From Sphyrna mokarran (lineage: Eukaryota): DNA of 64,000 nucleotides. A program made the translations under genes and the position numbers. Of this stretch, positions 13,010 through 24,597 are shown piece after piece. Where the stretch lies: NCBI GenBank assembly GCA_024679065.1, contig JAGIQG010000011.1:37138001-37202000 (forward strand), given 5' to 3'. Each line of letters opens with the position of its first letter. The stretch's first letter is position 1. The notes below the pieces were generated by a model. It was not told the DNA's origin. It made no database searches and saw only the letters and a program-made list of their open reading frames with translations.

Positions 13010-13263
13010 CACCCTTGCTGCTGGATGGGGTCATTCAGTTTTTTGCAGCATTATTTCCTGGTTCTCTTGGCAGGTGCCCTGGCACAAACACAAGCTGCCA
13101 CTGCCTCCCAGGCTGCTTTACCATCCCTTCCCCTGGGCCAGCGGCATCCTGCAGAGTGGAAGAGAGTGTCCTGCTTTGTTGTCTCCACCACCCCCAGTAA
13201 CCTGGCCAGACCCTGCATCTGAAAGCGGAGAGCTATCTTCCTGGATGTCATTTCCTCCTGCAC
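13010..13263 (-). pseudogene. Harbinger Myb/SANT-like DNA-binding protein, first exon (disrupted)
   Basis: LRFQMQGLARLLGVVETTKQDTLF...AAWEAVAACVCARAPAKRTRK*CCKKLND matches the Myb/SANT (MSANTD-type) pattern RF...LL..V...LF...AW.EVA..V....RT..QCRKKxNDL, followed by donor AGG|gtgagt. Further GC-rich decayed exon sequence runs down to about 11120. Confidence 0.8.
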
Positions 13264-13899
13264 TGCCTGCCTGTCTGTCCATCCTTGGAGTTTTTATAGA
13301 CCTCTCCCTTGTTAGAACAGACTAGCTGCAGGCAGTTTGGATGAGTCATGCCCCCCTTAGAGTGAGATTAATGCAGTTTGCCTTGTCACCATGGAGAGGA
13401 AGCTAAGTCAGCACTTGTAGATGTGCTGATAGAGGAGGGGCGGAGTTTGGCCTCTGTGATGATGGGGGACAGGGGAAAGAGAGGGTCATGTCAGTCAGCT
13501 ATCTGAGCTGAAGGAGAGATGAGGGGGTCATGGCGGTCCGGGGAGAGTTTGGAGTGGTAAGGGAGTCAATAATGTTGGGGGGTCTCCAATATCCGTGGGA
13601 GCGAGGGGGAGGCTGTATGTAGCTCATGGGAAGGTGGTGCAGGGGATTCTGCTAGAATAATTGCTTTTTTTGCTGCTTTTCCTGCACGTCTACAGTTTGT
13701 AGCTCCGATTGAGCTGCCAGCTGTCTGATGAATTAGGGTCTGCCCATTGCCTCCAATGGCTAGAAACCATCCAGCCCATATTTTCAAAGACTGAGTGCAC
13801 AGGATTGGGTGTGAAAACTCGCCTGAAAAACAGATCAGCAACTCTCCAGTTTACACGCTAGTTGGACACTTAGAAAAAAAATCATGTTAAATTCCACCC

Positions 13900-14050
13900 A
13901 TCTTCTGAAAGACAGCATAGCAATCTCTCAGTGCTGCACTCAAATGTCAACCTAAATATTATTTGTGTTCAAGCCCTGGGTTGGGGCTTGAACCCAGAGC
14001 CTTGTGACTCAGAGACAAATGTGCTATCAACTGAACCACAGCTAACACTG
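13900..14050 (-). mobile_element. SacSINE1-like DeuSINE, 5' part with tRNA-like head
   Basis: TCTGAAAGACAGC...CTCAGTGCTGCACT...GGGGCTTGAACCCAGAGCCTTGTGACTCAGAG...CTGAACCACAGCT is the reverse complement of a box A/B head. Confidence 0.75.
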
Positions 14051-14844
14051 CAGGGGAGAATGGATTACATATAGCAGAGTGTAGAGGGGAATGTAAGAAG
14101 ATGGGAAAGGGGAAGCAGAGGCAGAGGATATAAATAGAGAAGAAAGAATAGGAGAGAGGGAAAATGGGACAATAGGAAGTAAGGTGAAGGTGTGAGGGAG
14201 GAAGAAATTGGGGAACAAAGAGAGGAAAGTAGCTGAGCAGTGGGAAACTCTCTCAGCAGGCGCAAGAGAGGGGGATAATTCAGTAAACTCACCCAGCAGG
14301 GGATTGGTTCTGAGTGGTGTGAGTGAACCTGGGAGATGCTGATGGAGTGAGCGCAGACAAAGCTGCGGGCCAGACTTTGTGATACATTGTGATAGTTGTT
14401 CAAGAATTACTTCAACTGCAACTTAATCCAAGTGAGCCAACAAAGGATATCAGTGAGGTCACTGGCAATTGGGGATGCAGCAGTTCCTTAGCAGTGGAGA
14501 ATTTTTCATGGCCGCTACTAAAACATCAATAGGAAGATTTGAGGTGGAGGTTAACAGTTCAGCAATGTGCTGCTGAGCTTACAACACTCTCAGTGCGATT
14601 GTGTCCCCAAGAACAATGTTGGGGTGAGATGAGAGTAAGGATGAGAGCAAGCTTGAATACCCTGCTTAACTCTGAGTGGGACAATAATTTCCCTGGTTAA
14701 TGTTAGGGGAAGGCCTTTCTGTGTGCAGCAAAAAGAATTTTCATTTTACATGCAGAAGGTTGTCCCAAAATGCTTCTCACCAATAAAATACTTCTGAAAT
14801 GTGGGCAGGCAGTTTGGGCAAGTCACAAATGGTTATCTAGATTT

Positions 14845-14920
14845 AAAATACTGACTCTATTCTCTTCCCACGGATGGTATCAGACCTGCTGAGATTTTCC
14901 AGCATTTTCTGTTTTTGTTA
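14845..14920 (+). mobile_element. PLE (Neptune-like) terminal repeat fragment
   Basis: TCTCTTCCCACGGATGGTATCAGACCTGCTGAGATTTTCCAGCATTTTCTGTTTTTGTT. Related copies at 16348, 20031 and 59462. Confidence 0.55.
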
Positions 14921-16347
14921 CTTCTGAAATGTAGTTAATTTGAAAAAAAATGTTTCAGAGCATCGGAGGCAAGGTCAGCATTTGTTGCCAATCCCTAATT
15001 GCACTGGAGAAAGTGGCAGTGAGCTACATCCTTCAACCACTTTCAAACATTTAATTGGATGGAGGATTGAAAATAGTGATGGGTATGCCTCAAGTGTGTC
15101 TTGCAGGTTTGGGATCTGGGCCTAGCCCCATTTCCAAATCTACTCACCCGATTAGAAATCCAAAGTCATATACATTTCGAAACTGGCATCTATAGGATCG
15201 GTGAGCAGACTATAACCCAGACTACATCAGACACGAAAATAAGCATTGCTGGAGGACGAGGATGTACCATCATTCAACGGGATGAGGCAGGTTTGCAGTT
15301 ACGCTGACAGGGCGAGGCCAAATGAACAATTATTGAAAGCATTGAATTAAAAACTATTACATAATGTTCATCTGCCCAAAGCTAAACATTTATTGCTAGA
15401 ATATGTTTGCATTTTAAATTCAATCCAAATTGCTGCTCTGTCCAGCTAAAGATACGTCAGTGTCAGATCTTTGGGAATCTGTTTTGGAAACATTGTTTTT
15501 GGAAAAATAATGGCAGAGCAGTTAACCCTATGGGAAAGCCCTATCTCCAGTGTTACCTACAGACAGTTTTTAATGGACTATGTCACAGGCAGAATCTGGC
15601 AGTGCATTTTCAAATCATTTTGAAATGGAATGATGCAGCACGACAGTGTGTCAGTGATTTTTATAGGTAATATGTTGTAAATGATATCTCTCTACTTATA
15701 TCTTCCTGTTTGACATTCAATTGAGGTGTAGCCTGAGGAGGCTATAAAAAAATCAATGATGATTTGGGAATCAGTGTTGGCCAAAGGGAATTGAACCCAT
15801 CTTCCAATTTCCGGCTTAATTCCTGTTCTTGTTAATATTTTACAATGCTGTTTCATACAGTGAGAACCTGTGTTGTGACCACCCAGCTGTAAGCTTGTGA
15901 CCACATCAGTATTATCTCCTGGCTTTACATCAAATGTAATACTAGATGAAGTATCATCTCTTCTTTTGTCAGCTCATGGTTTATTAATGTGTAACAGGAA
16001 GATGGAAACCTAGGAGCAGGAGTGGACCATTCAGCCCATCGAGTCTTTCTGCCATTAAAGATGATCATAGCAGTGACTGCTTCCCATTCTACCCCCATTT
16101 CCCTTTATTATTCCCAGGACATTTGAGGCCTAGGGAATGGCCTTACTAATGGTACCCAAGTCACAGGAATGAATGAAACCTCTCAGTTGCAGCAGCCACA
16201 TTTTGATAAAATTGCATTTTGGAATTGAACTAAGCTATAAAGCATTGTGAGAGCATTGGAAATTTGAGACACCAATTCAATAGAAATCACTTTAAAAGCA
16301 GGCGGGAAGTTATTTTTATAGTTTTATAGCTAGACATGTACTTTGTA

Positions 16348-16480
16348 AAAACAAAATATTGTAGCATGTTGGAAATCTAAAATGCAAACAAGAAAATTTT
16401 GGAAATAATTAGCAGGTCAGGCAGCATCTGTGAAGAGAAATGAAGTTAATGTTTAAATTGATGGGCTTCTTCAGAACATT
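16348..16480 (-). mobile_element. PLE (Neptune-like) terminal repeat fragment
   Basis: AGCAGGTCAGGCAGCATCTGTGAAGAGAAA...CTTCTTCAGAAC. The reverse strand keeps CTGAAGAAG of a decayed hammerhead core. Confidence 0.55.
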
Positions 16481-16524
16481 AGAGGGGTAACAGGTTTTAA
16501 AGAAAAGCAGAGGCTGGACTGGTG

Positions 16525-16990
16525 ATCTGATGAGGGAGATCATGCAGGGATGGACCGTCAAGGCAGCCTCAGTAGAGGTGGCACGTGTCGGGAGTTTTGA
16601 TGGGGAATTGGGGGGGCGGGCATATGTTGGGAGTCAGGCAGGAGGATCCATCGAGAGGGCCTTGATGCTAGTGGTCTATGTTGGGGAGGGGGTGGGGGTA
16701 CATGACTCAATGATGTGGGGGAGTGTGGGGGGGGGGGGGTCTCCCAGTCATCAGGGTGTCCTTGTGAAATTGTGCCCACGTGCTTTGAAGCCAGGCTCCC
16801 CAGTGTTTTTAGCCGCTCCCCGCTATCCACCCCGCCTAACTCCCCAGTACCGGCCCGAAACTGCCAACTCTTTAGAAAAGTGGCTGAGTGGAAGAATTGT
16901 AGTGCAAAGCACACCTGAGAGAGGGGCACAGATCAGTCCATTTTTCCTACTGGTATGACACTTGGAAATTTCTGAGAGAATTATACCCCC
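16525..16990. mobile_element. Harbinger-like MITE fragment
   Basis: GC-rich block ending in a TIR-like GAGAGAATTATACCCC, with interior similar in style to 37246-38292. Confidence 0.5.
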
Positions 16991-17114
16991 TTTCAAAGTA
17001 CCATTGATCATCGATTAAGGTGGCATGAGGGCAAAGAACAGAGAGAGAGGTCAGAGTGCTTGTCACATGTTGACATGTTTGACACCTTTTGGATTAAAAA
17101 CCTCCATCCCATTT

Positions 17115-17350
17115 GGATATATAAATTAAGAGCAAGAGTGGGGCACATGGCCTTTTTAGTCTGCTCTACCATTCAGTTAGACCATGGCTGATCTTCTTGT
17201 AACCTCAATCCTAGATTCTAGTCCACCTCTGATAACTTTTCACCTCCTTGTTAATCAAGAATCTATCTAGCGCTGCCTTAAATGATTCAAAAATTCTGCT
17301 TCCATCACTTTTTGAGAAAGGATTCCAAAGACTCAGAATCCTGTGAGAGA
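17115..17350 (-). mobile_element. CR1 3' end
   Basis: AAGAGCAAGAGTGGGGCACATGGCC...CCATTCAGTTAGACCATGGCTGATC...GGATTCCAAAGACTC. Confidence 0.7.
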
Positions 17351-17499
17351 AAATGAATTGCTGTTGCTGTCTGTTGGTGATAATTCTGTTATGCCATTCA
17401 CACCTCTTCTAGACTCAGTTTCTTCAAATCGTCCCATTTCTACCCTCCTTTACTTGTTCCATCAGTAAGTCGTATAAAGCCAGAGTTGCATCAAGTCCA

Positions 17500-19250
17500 A
17501 GTGTTTAATTTCGGGAATTTGGGAAGTAAGGGAATTCGGTGCAGTGAGGGAGGAGGTGCTGTTTTGGTCCTTTGCAGAAAGGAGTTGTCAGCAAACAATG
17601 TCAGAGGAGGGAAAATATAGAATTAAAGACATAGAATTTATCTGAATGTAGGCAGGATTTGTAATGAGGTGAATGAACTGATATCACAAATAGAATAAGT
17701 ATAATATAATGATACCGAGCTATGGTTTCAATATGTTCCACGCAAGGAGCTCGTGATACCAAATAAACCTATTGGACTTTAACCCGATGTTGTGAGACTC
17801 TTTACTATGACAAGGACTTGAATAATCAAGAGTTTTTGACATTTCAGAAATCTAGAGAAAGAATTAAAAGGGGGGCAGAGGTCAGTAGAATAGTGAGAAA
17901 TGATCTTGGTGCAGAGGATCAGCTTGGTGGAGATAAGAAATAGCAAAGGAAAGAAATCATTGGTGAGAATGTTTAATCAGTGCCCCGACAGTAACAATGC
18001 TGCAGGACAGAGAATAACTCAGTATATAATGGTGCTATGTAAGAGAAGTACTGCAATAATCAGGGAGAAATTATAATCTTCACATAGTTTACATGAATCA
18101 AATTGCAGTTTAGAGAAGGTTCATGGGGCTAATAGCTAGCCTTGTGAGGAAAGTTTGCACAGGCTGGGCCTTTACTTATTAGAAATTAGAAGGATGAGGG
18201 GTGATCTTGTTGATTCTGAAGGGACTTGACAGGCTAACTGCTGAGAGGATGAGCCTGATTTTACCATTTTGATTCTAAGTGTCAGCTTAGAAACTGGGAC
18301 TGTTTCAGGTCTGACTTTTAGATCTGTTCACAGGCGTGCCCATACACATTCTACCTGCAAAAATTTCAGTGAGACTGAATCATACTGCACAAGCCTGTTG
18401 GCTGGGCTTAACATGCCCAAAATCCTGCAGCTGTCTTTGGCACCTCCAATTGCACATGTGTAGAAAAAAACGATTGAATGCAGCTCCCCTGCCACATCGC
18501 TCCTGGGCTGGATAATGTCACCCCCTGGCCTCCATAGACATTGCTTCGTCCCATAACATTACTGACCCCCTTATTCCCCCCCTCCCTCTGCTATCCAGAC
18601 CAATTGGGGGAACCTTCTCTCTTCCCTCTCACTCATCACAGGCAGACTGACAATGTACCCCACCCCGTCCACAATCACAAGCAGAGAGCTGCGGACACTC
18701 AGTGCTTACCTCCTCACTAACTGGAATGGCTGAATCGGATTTTGATAGACCATGACTGTTTTGCACAGATTCCGGATGGGCCAACACCTTAGTAAAGGGG
18801 GAAGTGCCAGAAAGGTTGGGCGTGCAGCCCATTAAGTAAATTTAAATGCGTGCAAAGGCATTTAAGTGTCCGTCACACCTGTTCTGGGCACAGTCCCGAC
18901 CGCGGCCATTTTTGGGCCTTGGTAAAGGAGGAACCAGTGTGGAGGTAGGCACAGATCATACTACTCGCCTCACGCATGACTTTACCAAGTTTTTGCACTT
19001 GGAAGCAGGTGCAACTTGATGGTAAAATCAGGTCTGATGTTTCCCCTCATGGACGACACTTGAACTAGAGGGCACAGTTTTTAAACAAAGAGTCTCCCAG
19101 TTAAGATGGAGATGAGGAGGAATTTCTTTTTTCAGAGGTTGATTAGTCCTTGGAATTATCTTTCCCAGAGAGATGTGAAGCTGGGTATATTCAAGGTTGA
19201 GTTTGACAGATTTTGCTCCTTCTTTTTATTGATTTTGATTCCTATGATCT
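17500..19250 (+). mobile_element. Old, internally deleted CR1 (endonuclease and RT-end remnants) with nested MITE and pLTR fragment
   Basis: Endonuclease-like remnants (TATCTGAATG...GATACCGAGCTATGGTTTCAA), then AGAAGGATGAGGGGTGATCTTGTTGA (RRMRGDL). GAGAGGAT|GTTTCCCCTC is rejoined once the 18251-19035 insert is removed. A pLTR fragment lies at about 17745-17808. Confidence 0.65.
18251..19035. mobile_element. Harbinger MITE inserted in CR1
   Basis: TIRs GAGCCTGATTTTACCAT / ATGGTAAAATCAGGTCT; TSD GAT at 18248-18250 and 19036-19038. Confidence 0.85.
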
Positions 19251-19293
19251 CTTTTGTCATTTAATCCTTGCAGCCTTTCACATCTCACAGAGC

Positions 19294-20030
19294 TTGCCAG
19301 GATTTACCACACCACCTGCCATGTGTTCTGCCATGAAAAGAAGTAGCCAGCCATTGGCTGATGGTGGGATCTTCTGATCCAGCTGTCAATGGATTTCCTG
19401 TTGAGTGCATTGGCTGGCTTGTCCATTTTGGGTCTATGGAGGCCTATGATAGGCCAATTAATGACTATTGAAGTGGATCATCCCACCTGGCCCAGTTCTT
19501 TAGCTGCAGAAGCTGGAAGCCAAAGTCAACCAGCCCGGATGATTTAGCTGCACAGATAAATGCTGGGTAAGGATGCAGTACCACTGTCTGGGGCTTCCCA
19601 GTGCTCATTGAAGGCAGACACAACAATGTCAAATCCCTGTCTAATCTCTACACCCACAATCTCACAAAGCCAGCCCCCCCAAATCTCTCACTCTCCTCAA
19701 TGGGCTCTGCCAGCCATGTCCTGCTGGTACTCCAGACTTACCTTCAGCATAGCCTTGATTATTTCCTCTTCTTTGGGGTCTAGCTGTTGCCTCCGCATTG
19801 ACCATCACTCAAGTCTGATATTGGTCAAGACTATAGACTTGCCTATCATCCGATTCACTGGCAGCTCTCTCAGGTGGGACTTCCTTCCTATCTGGGGAGC
19901 AATCCCGACCTTGGCCAATCAATTCCCCTAATAAAGTTAAATGGCCGTGAAAAACATGGTACCAGTGTTGCTCCCTGCCAACTCCTCAAGTAAGGGTGAG
20001 GAAAAACCCCATTACCTGAAAAATCTTGCC
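19294..20030. mobile_element. Old Harbinger-like MITE
   Basis: Begins GCCAGGATTTACC and ends GAAAAATCTTGCCC, with a GC-richer interior than the flanks. Confidence 0.5.
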
Positions 20031-20244
20031 CTTTCCTCTCTGTTTCTCCCTTTACAGATGCTGCATACCCTGCAGAGCATTTACAGCATTTTCTGTTTTC
20101 CAGCATCTTCATTATCTGCTTTTGTATGAATATATGTGAGAATTGGGCAGCGGTGATGAATTTTCATGTATGTAATATCATTGGGTTGGAGAGGCAAACA
20201 CTGTGAATCTCATTTGAATATTTTCACTCGGCTGCCAGTAAATT

Positions 20245-20450
20245 CACCTTAGTCCCAGATAACCACAGGCTGCTTTCCTCCCCTTTGAAGAGAAGAGTTG
20301 ACTGATGGTGATTTAACCCGAAGATCACCACACCTCAGGCGAGGGGCAAGGTTGAAAAGATATACCTTCATGAACAACCGGGAATTGAAACTGCATTGTT
20401 AGTATCATTCTGCATCATGAACCAGCCGTCCAGCCAACTGAACCAACCAA
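20245..20450 (-). mobile_element. tRNA-derived SINE (distinct from HE1)
   Basis: Reverse strand GGTTGGTTCAGTTGGCTGGACGGCTGG...GTTTCAATTCCC (box A/B-like), then CCCCTCGCCTGAGGTGTGGTGATC...GGTTAAATCACC. Confidence 0.65.
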
Positions 20451-20602
20451 GCTTCTTGAGCTGACAATACCCGCCTGCTGGTAGGCTACTTATTGAATGT
20501 GCCAGGGAAGGAGGAGAGGACACTTTGAAATGATTGAATCTGCCTTTCTTCTGCTTTTTCTGACACCTATGAAATGTTTTCAATGTCCTTGCACCATACT
20601 GA

Positions 20603-20769
20603 TTAAGAAAGGCACCATCTGCGCCTTATGCATGTATATTCATTGGCAGAAACATTAATTTCTTCATGTTTCATTTCAATATTTTGCAAAACAAGAGACA
20701 CTGCAGTCTTTTCTTGCACAACCAGTAGAATAGGCCACGTTATAGTTAATGTTGATTGTGGTCGAGTAA
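20603..20769 (-). CDS. Candidate terminal exon of the minus-strand gene; reading frame unresolved
   Basis: Acceptor tatttattttcag| at 20770-20771. Phase-1 entry (direct join to 23025) gives VTRPQSTLTITWPILLVV...WCLS* (stop 20603). Phase-2 entry gives YSTTININYNVAYSTGCARKDCSVSCFAKY* (stop 20676). Confidence 0.45.
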
Positions 20770-23024
20770 CTGAAAATAAATACATCATGACTTATTGATG
20801 AAAAAACAAATAGGTTAGTTCGGAAAATCTGAAAGGGACAGGCATTGATTTGATTTTCATTATTGCATATCTTACCTTCCTCATGGTACAAAGACATGTA
20901 TAAGGACAGATTTTTTTTTAAATCATTTTTAAAAACCTTGACTTCTGGATATTTATTTTTAATAGTATACTGCCACATGTTTTTTCAATTAAACTGAGAA
21001 AATGCTGCGTAACGTAATCTAATATGAAATAGAAGCAGCAGTTCCAATATACAATCATATTTTTACATTAATACTGTTGGTCTTAATTTTGAACATTACT
21101 TTTCAAATACTTTTAGAAAGTTCCTGTTAGTCATAATTTCTAAAATCATTAATACAACGAATCTTGATTTGAAAGATACGAATACTGTGAACTTATTTCT
21201 AAAAGTTCTCTGAGTTTATTAGGAAAGTCCAAAGCAATAATGATAGCACACCATAAAAGACTACTGACCATGAATCAGCATGACAGAGTTATCATTTCCT
21301 AAGCATTGGTGAGACTTACATTTTGTTGCAAGTTGAAAAAAGCATTATGAAAGTCTATCTGAATCAGCAAACATACAGACATGCTTCTAATTTCCTGCCA
21401 GCATTTTTTAACCTTTCTGCAGATGCAGTCATTTTTTGTACTTAAAAAATACAGTCTGCAAGACATACGTGGTATCCTGTACAGCGATATGAATTACTCT
21501 TACAGTTACTCAGTGCAGTTGAGCAAGTTCTCGGGAAACAAGATTATAATAGTTGCATGGATTTTAGATCCTATAGGTATGATTCAGTGATTTGCAATAA
21601 GCTGTCTCATATGAGGAGAGCTCATTCGTACAAGCTCACGCAATTAAACCAGAGAAACTGTGTGTAATTGTTAATTGATTAGTAATGATTACTCCCAATT
21701 CCAATATAGGTAATCAGTTATGAACAATTAATATCTGAAAATGATTCTTAGTGATTACTCATTATGATAGGATTAGCATCAAACTTGAGAACATTAACTA
21801 AAGCTAAGAACCAGCCATAGACATGATAAGGATGCTGCATTTCAGAAACAAGTGCCAAGAGTTGAAATATATGATTTGATATAATGCTAGAACATTATCG
21901 ACTTACTCAGAAACTTGTTGACCCTAAGCTAATAAAAATAACATCATGGTTTGCAAAGCTTGGCAGGGAGCACCTGACAAAACTAAAAAATGCTTTAAAA
22001 TAATCCTGGTAATACACTTTAAAAGTAGCATTAAACATTTCCATTAACCCTTAAGGGATTGCAAAGTATTTTGCAGGCATTGAGATTCATTCACTTTGAA
22101 CCAAACTGAAAATAACTAGTTCTAAAGCTTCAGGAAAAGGGGGTCCTTGATTGTGAGGACATGTCCCTTTCTTCCCCAGATATTACCCTTAAACTAGGAC
22201 TTTTCAATCATTTTGCATGCTACTGTCACTGTCCTTTAGACTTTGTCTCATGTTAAATACTGATCCTTCAAACTGAGCTTTGTTATTGAATTTAATGCAG
22301 GTTGTTGGAAATCTAATAAAAAATTTTGGCCACTTTTTATATTAAATCAAAACAAAAGGGGTAATTTTAACCTTCATCACTCATTTTTCCATTGGCATCT
22401 CTTCCGACAGTTTACTGCCCAAGTGAAGGTGAAAGTGAAAATTCTCTCTCCCGGATAAAAATATTTATCATAGCCTCTTTGATGTTACACATCAATCAGC
22501 AAAAAATCATTTGAATCGACTTCTTTTTAAAATATGATGTGACATAGCTATGACTTTTTATGGGGAATACTAGAGATATAAGTAACATTCGCCATGGAAA
22601 AATGTTTTCTTGACATTGCATAATTCAATGTATGAATTATTTTTAAACTTTTAATTGTGGCTACTGTGGCTGATAGGGGTACTTAATAAAATTATCTCCT
22701 CAATTGTTCATTATTTAACAATCTCCCTCAAATATGACTTCTATTTTCAAGACTCATTGACACAATTAAGAAAATAAAAGATAGTTCTATAAGCAGAAAA
22801 CTGCATTCAAATTTTAATACAGGAATGGATGATTGAAAGCACTTGAAAATGGAGCAGCATTGCAGAACAAGAGATTCCTATAATCTGATGGCTTCATGGC
22901 AGCAAATAGGTGGATGAGAAATGGATTCAGCTTTCTGATGACCCGGTCTCTCATCAAGAAGCTTGCATGGTGATTACATATAGTGATGATGGGAGCAATA
23001 ATTCTAGGACTGCCATTGACTTAC

Positions 23025-23276
23025 CACCAATAGAGCTGTTGCCTGGGTGGTCCTCAGTATTTAGTAGCAGTTTGATGCCTGTTTGGTTGCTGATGTGCTC
23101 ACAGCAGTTGAGAGGGCCCCAGTCTGTGTCTGCCAAGAAAGCAGGGGCTCCATTGCTGTGACAGCACTCAGTCATCATTGGGCTGAGCTCATCTAGACAG
23201 CTGGGGTCACTTTCAGAGTATTCCTGCTCCGGCTGCTCCTGTTTCTGAAGATGGTGCTCCACCAGCAACTGAAGTT
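23025..23276 (-). CDS. Coding exon of unnamed minus-strand gene (ELQLLVEHHLQKQEQ...HPGNSSIG)
   Basis: 252-nt open phase 1-1 exon with acceptor ctcttgttgaagcag| and donor GTG|gtaagt. It forms a GC-rich island in AT-rich, TE-free flanks. Confidence 0.85.
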
Positions 23277-24364
23277 CTGCTTCAACAAGAGCACTTCATT
23301 TAATAATTAGTTCATGCTAGCCAGAATGCAGTTATTTGTTTTACCTGTGCAATAAATCAATTTACATTTGAAGGTCATAGTAGATCTCTGGCAAAAAGGG
23401 AGTGACCATCTATGCAAAATAAGCCACATTAAGATGCAGTAATATATGTTATAAATGCAATTTCTATTCATTTCATAAATCAAATAATCTGGATAATACC
23501 ATATGATTAATCAGAAACTCGTTCTTCTTTCCTTTTTCTATAAATCAGGCAATTTCAACACAATGAAAATTTAATATCTGAAGGCACATTCATTTTTTAA
23601 AATAAATCATTGATTACTTCAAGCGCCATTTGGATGCCTATTTATTTATATCTACTCTCAATTTGTACAGTAAGTTATTAACATATTTAACATGTGTGGT
23701 ATTTCTTTGTTCTTTGTTATTGAAAAACATAGCTAAGCAATAGTCCAAAAAGGCACTTCTATGCTGAACTGCTTTGTCTAAGTACAACTTTTCACCTTGG
23801 AATAAAAGTGTGAATTACTCATTCTGAAAATGTAGAAAAAGCATTTGTTCTAACAGAGTCACTGAACTATTCCAGATTTAGAATCCCTATGCACATCACA
23901 GTCAGACAGGTATCCCCTTGACATAGTTTTGAGAACCATAATACTGTCTTTCACTGAATGTAATGTGCAGATCAATATGATTCGAGACATTGCCAGTATA
24001 GTCAACTTATTCCTGTTCCTGAGACTTAGGGTTAGTCAGAATAAAAGCTGAACATGATATTGCAAACAGGAAATATTTTCATGACAAAATAAAATTTATC
24101 ACAAGAACTAAAGGTAAGTTAGAATAACAGCATTTTAATAACAGGTAAAAAGCTTTGTCTTCTGAATATGAAATAAAACCTTATTTCTACTGACAAATCC
24201 AAATGAAAGTTAAGCTGCCTTCAATAAAATAGCATTCTTTCTGATAAAATGCCAAAATGCACAGTTTTCCAGAGTACATAGTTCTCAGTCAGGTCTTCAA
24301 ATGCATTTTAATATCAATTAATCAATCCCTACACTGCTCAACTTGAATACTGCTAAAAAGAGAG

Positions 24365-24597
24365 TACATTATCAAAGCTTTTGATCTTGCACTCATCAGG
24401 ACAAATACAGGAATATCAAATTTCGAAAGTCCTCAACAATTTATATTATAGGAGAAAAGGATACTGTTTGGTGAATATCAAGTTTCAAAAGACCTCAACA
24501 ATTTATATTACAAGAGAAAAAGATACTGTTTGGTTGGCAAGACAAAGTTGATGGTAGACATTTTGTCATGGAATAAACAACAGGGAACTGTGGGCTC
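24365..24597 (-). mobile_element. PLE-like terminal repeat remnant with decayed hammerhead core and internal 62-bp tandem duplication
   Basis: Reverse strand CCTGATGAGTGCAAGATCAAAAGCTTTGA; direct repeat 24411-24472 / 24473-24534. Confidence 0.5.

Larger units (their letters stand above)
7623..13899. mobile_element. Decayed autonomous-type PIF/Harbinger DNA transposon (~6.3 kb including nested insertions)
   Basis: TIRs AGGTGGAATTTTACCAT (7623) and ATGTTAAATTCCACCC (13899); 3-bp TSD ATC at 7620-7622 and 13900-13902; convergent transposase (+) and Myb/SANT (-) remnants inside. Confidence 0.85.

Noticed and set aside
8947-13263. Domesticated HARBI1/NAIF1-like host gene pair
   Set aside because: Frameshifts, stops, a missing DDE core, and intact TIRs and TSD indicate a decayed transposon.
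15146-15305. Minus-strand exon-like segment with good acceptor and CGG|gtgagt donor, CpG-rich
   Set aside because: All three frames contain stops and there is no link to the gene model; non-coding at best.
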